DNA of 64,000 bases from Trichodelitschia bisporula (Eukaryota). The notes under the pieces are model-generated. The model worked only from the letters and a program-made list of their open reading frames with translations. It was not told the DNA's origin and searched no databases. The first letter of the stretch is position 1; every line of letters starts with the position of its first letter. Shown here piece after piece: positions 61,384 through 64,000 of the stretch. The stretch spans positions 1-64,000 of the forward strand of contig ML996697.1 of assembly GCA_010356995.1 (NCBI GenBank), written 5' to 3'. The position numbers and the translations under genes are program-made.

Positions 61384-62922
61384 ATGACGGGCGCGGACGC
61401 GCATCGCCGGTATGTGCTCGGCACGGGTGTTGCGCTGGAGATAGTCTCGACGGGGTTTGTGGCCTTTTGGCTGTTTTCGAGTATTCTGGGGGCGAAGTGG
61501 AGGCCGGGGTTGGATGTGTTGCTGGTTTTGGGATGGGTACGTTGGGGTGGGAGAGTGGGGTTGTTGGGGATTGAGCTGACGGGGTAGGTGTGTGGTACGG
61601 CTGTGACTATTATTACTATCATCGGCGTGCTGAAGTACGGGCTCGATCGCAATCTGGATGACCTGTCCATCGGCCTGCGCGCCAACGCTGCCTTCGTACG
61701 TCCCTCGGGCCCCTTGAGGCCGAACTAGTTCTAACACCGACCAGATAAACTGGCTCGCCGAACCCCTTCACCTCCTCGCAACCTCCTGCGTCAAACTCGC
61801 CATCCTCCTCTTCCTCACCCGCCTCCTCGGTCCACGTCCAAACCGCCTCGCCCGCACTGGGCTCCACATCGCCATTGCCTTCACAGCGGGCTACATGGCC
61901 TCCTTCGTGATCCTCTCCTTTACATCCTGCGCGCCCCTCGTGTCGCGCTGGCAGAGCCTCGACCCGGCCTACCGTGCGAACACGCACTGCGCCAGTCTCC
62001 CCGCCATAGGCGTAGCCTCGGGTATCGCCGGCCTGGTTACGGACTTCGTACCGCTCGTCTTTCCAGCCTTGATCCTCGCGCGCTTCCGCCTGCCCTTGCG
62101 GAAGCAAGTCGAGCTCATACTCATCCTTCTCTTAAGCCTAATGTACCTCCCCCTCCCCCTCCCCCTCCCAATACCCCCCTAACCAAGGGCAGAATAATCG
62201 CCTCAGGCGCATCCCGCCTCGCACTCGCCATCCCCGCCCTCCACGCACCAACCTTCGACCCCGCGGCCGCGCGGAGGAGGCTGATTACCGAAATGTGGGA
62301 GTACCACCTCCTCCTCATCTGCGCCTGCGCTCCGCCGCTGCACGCCCTCTGCCGCATCCAGCCGGGCGAAGTAAGCGGCACCTCGTCCTTCGGTCCGCGG
62401 GGCGACACGTCGCGGAGCGTGCGCCCACCACCACCGGTGTTCACGCCGCGCTTCCCGTCCGCGGGCGTAACCATCGCCGAAGCCTACGGCGACGCGGAGA
62501 AGCCGCCGGCGAGGCGCAGCCACGAGCTGAGGCGTAGTTGGGGGGAGAGTGTGTTGAGTTGGGGGAGTAGTGGGAAGAGGGGATCTAGTGGGAAGAGGGG
62601 ATCTAGTGGGAAAAGGACGAGGCCTGTGCCCGGGGAGTTGGTGGATGTGGGCGGGTTGATTACGAGTAGCCCCGGGGAGGAGAAGGCTTGGTGTGCGCTT
62701 TGTAGGGTACGGCATACGGGACGGGAGGGGTGTGTGGGGATGAGTGGGGGGGAGTGGTGGGGGGAGGTGCAGAGGGAGTTTTGGGAGGGTGGAAGGGGGA
62801 GGAGGGAGGATAGAAGAGCACGTGGCGGGCAGGAGAGAAGAGCAGAGGGGAGGGATGGGAGAAGGTCACAAGGAGAGGCGATGAGAGGAGGGGAGAGAAA
62901 GGAGATAGGGGAGGTAATGTAA
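61384..62922 (+). CDS. PTH11-like/rhodopsin-domain integral membrane protein (no CFEM domain seen)
   Basis: Exons give GVLKYGLDR, CVKLAILLFLTRL, C.PL...W....C, TDFVPLVFP....RLPLRKQ and E..LL.ICACAP; three introns; low-complexity tail. Confidence 0.75.
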
Positions 62923-63299
62923 TAGACGTAATGCATGATGTTATGATGGATTTGCCGTGGCTGGGTAGGCGTGATGAGTACGAGTTCGGAGCAGATGATG
63001 GTCGGCTTCGGATCCTCGGTGCAGTAACCGCGTCTTCGGAAGGTACTCACAATTCGCCAATCCCATGATTCGGCAATCGCCACCACCAGTGAAGCCGCAT
63101 GTCGCGCTGGCTCCCGAACCGGCTGCCACAGATTTTGGTTCCGCTTCACTCTCGCAAGACGCCGTTCAAAGCAAGCTGCACCTCATTCAACATTATGCTA
63201 CTACGTTATGCCGCACTTTTGCAGCGCTCTGCTTTTGGTGATGGTACCAACTAGACGATGGAGCATAGACTTGATACATGTAATGGCTACGGTGTGATA

Positions 63300-64000
63300 T
63301 AAAAGTTAACAAAATCAAAGAGGTGAGAGAGGAGAGAGACGCTCGATACTGAATACAGGATGTCGCAAATGTCCTCCAATGCTCCTTCCTTCTACCATGA
63401 GTACATTACGTCATGCTCATTCCGGAGATGAGTATACTCCTTCTTGACGAAACAGTGCTCAGGCCTCGTGGCTACATCAAGGATGCATAATGGATCGCGC
63501 CCTATCGATCGCTGAATTTGTGATCTCGGCCTGAGCTCCGCACCGGCACGGGCCATCCCGTGAACCATAGCTTGACCACGTGAAATGACCCTCTCCACAG
63601 CCTTGCGGCTCCCCTCGGCTAACAGCAAAGCATCTCTCAGTCATACGGACCTGTCCTCCCAGCCCAAATGGCACTCCGCAATGCGAGCACTTATCTCCTC
63701 CTCGTACACATGCCAGTCTCCCACTCCCATTACTTCAAATTCCGGAATGTAAGCAAATGTCAAACCGAGGCCTCTGGAAAATGCTATGCTCCCAAGAGCG
63801 GCTTCATACCACTGTAAAAGATTCCTCAGCTCTGCTAGGTGGCGCTGGAGTATGTCGCTGTTTAGTAGCTCAGGATTGTGTCTATTGGTGGTAAGTATCA
63901 AACATTCTAAGTCGATCATTTGGATGGCGCGATGGGATAGTTTCTCGGTGGCGCGCCACCTCGCCTTGGGCAGGTGTGAGGGAAGCGGGGGGTAGAATTC
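63300..64000 (-). pseudogene. Possible degraded gene of unknown family
   Basis: ORFs 63641-63919 and 63392-63628 lie in one frame, separated by an in-frame TGA; protein-like composition; no family recognised. Confidence 0.35.

Overview
Gene-dense, GC-rich filamentous ascomycete (Pezizomycotina-type) DNA with short GT-AG introns (mostly ~40-55 nt, CTRAC branch sites). It holds about 23 intact protein genes, including separase, a Trm61-type tRNA methyltransferase, Dcr2 phosphoesterase, a WDR89-like protein, CSN1, a bestrophin, two MFS transporters, a DUF3328/UstYa oxidase, an atypical Rho GTPase, an ABM/SDR pair, OXNAD1, a BBE-like oxidase, acetoacetyl-CoA synthetase and a PTH11-like receptor. 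There is also an intron-containing tRNA-Phe(GAA) and several pseudogenes. The most notable accessory features are: (1) a frameshifted Spok-type (spore-killer/meiotic-drive) homologue at ~49.96-52.23 kb with the full coiled-coil/nuclease/Cys-cluster/kinase architecture; (2) a ~2.1-2.4 kb tandem duplication that starts at the tRNA-Phe 3' exon and carries an F-box gene plus a cryptic divergent spliced unit; (3) a 19-20 bp minisatellite of Reb1-like TACCCGG sites next to the tRNA; (4) a long foldback palindrome at ~59.6-60.0 kb; and (5) a strong C-rich-5'/G-rich-3' gradient in many of the host genes. All family calls come from motif recognition by eye, not database searches; exon boundaries are approximate unless stated.
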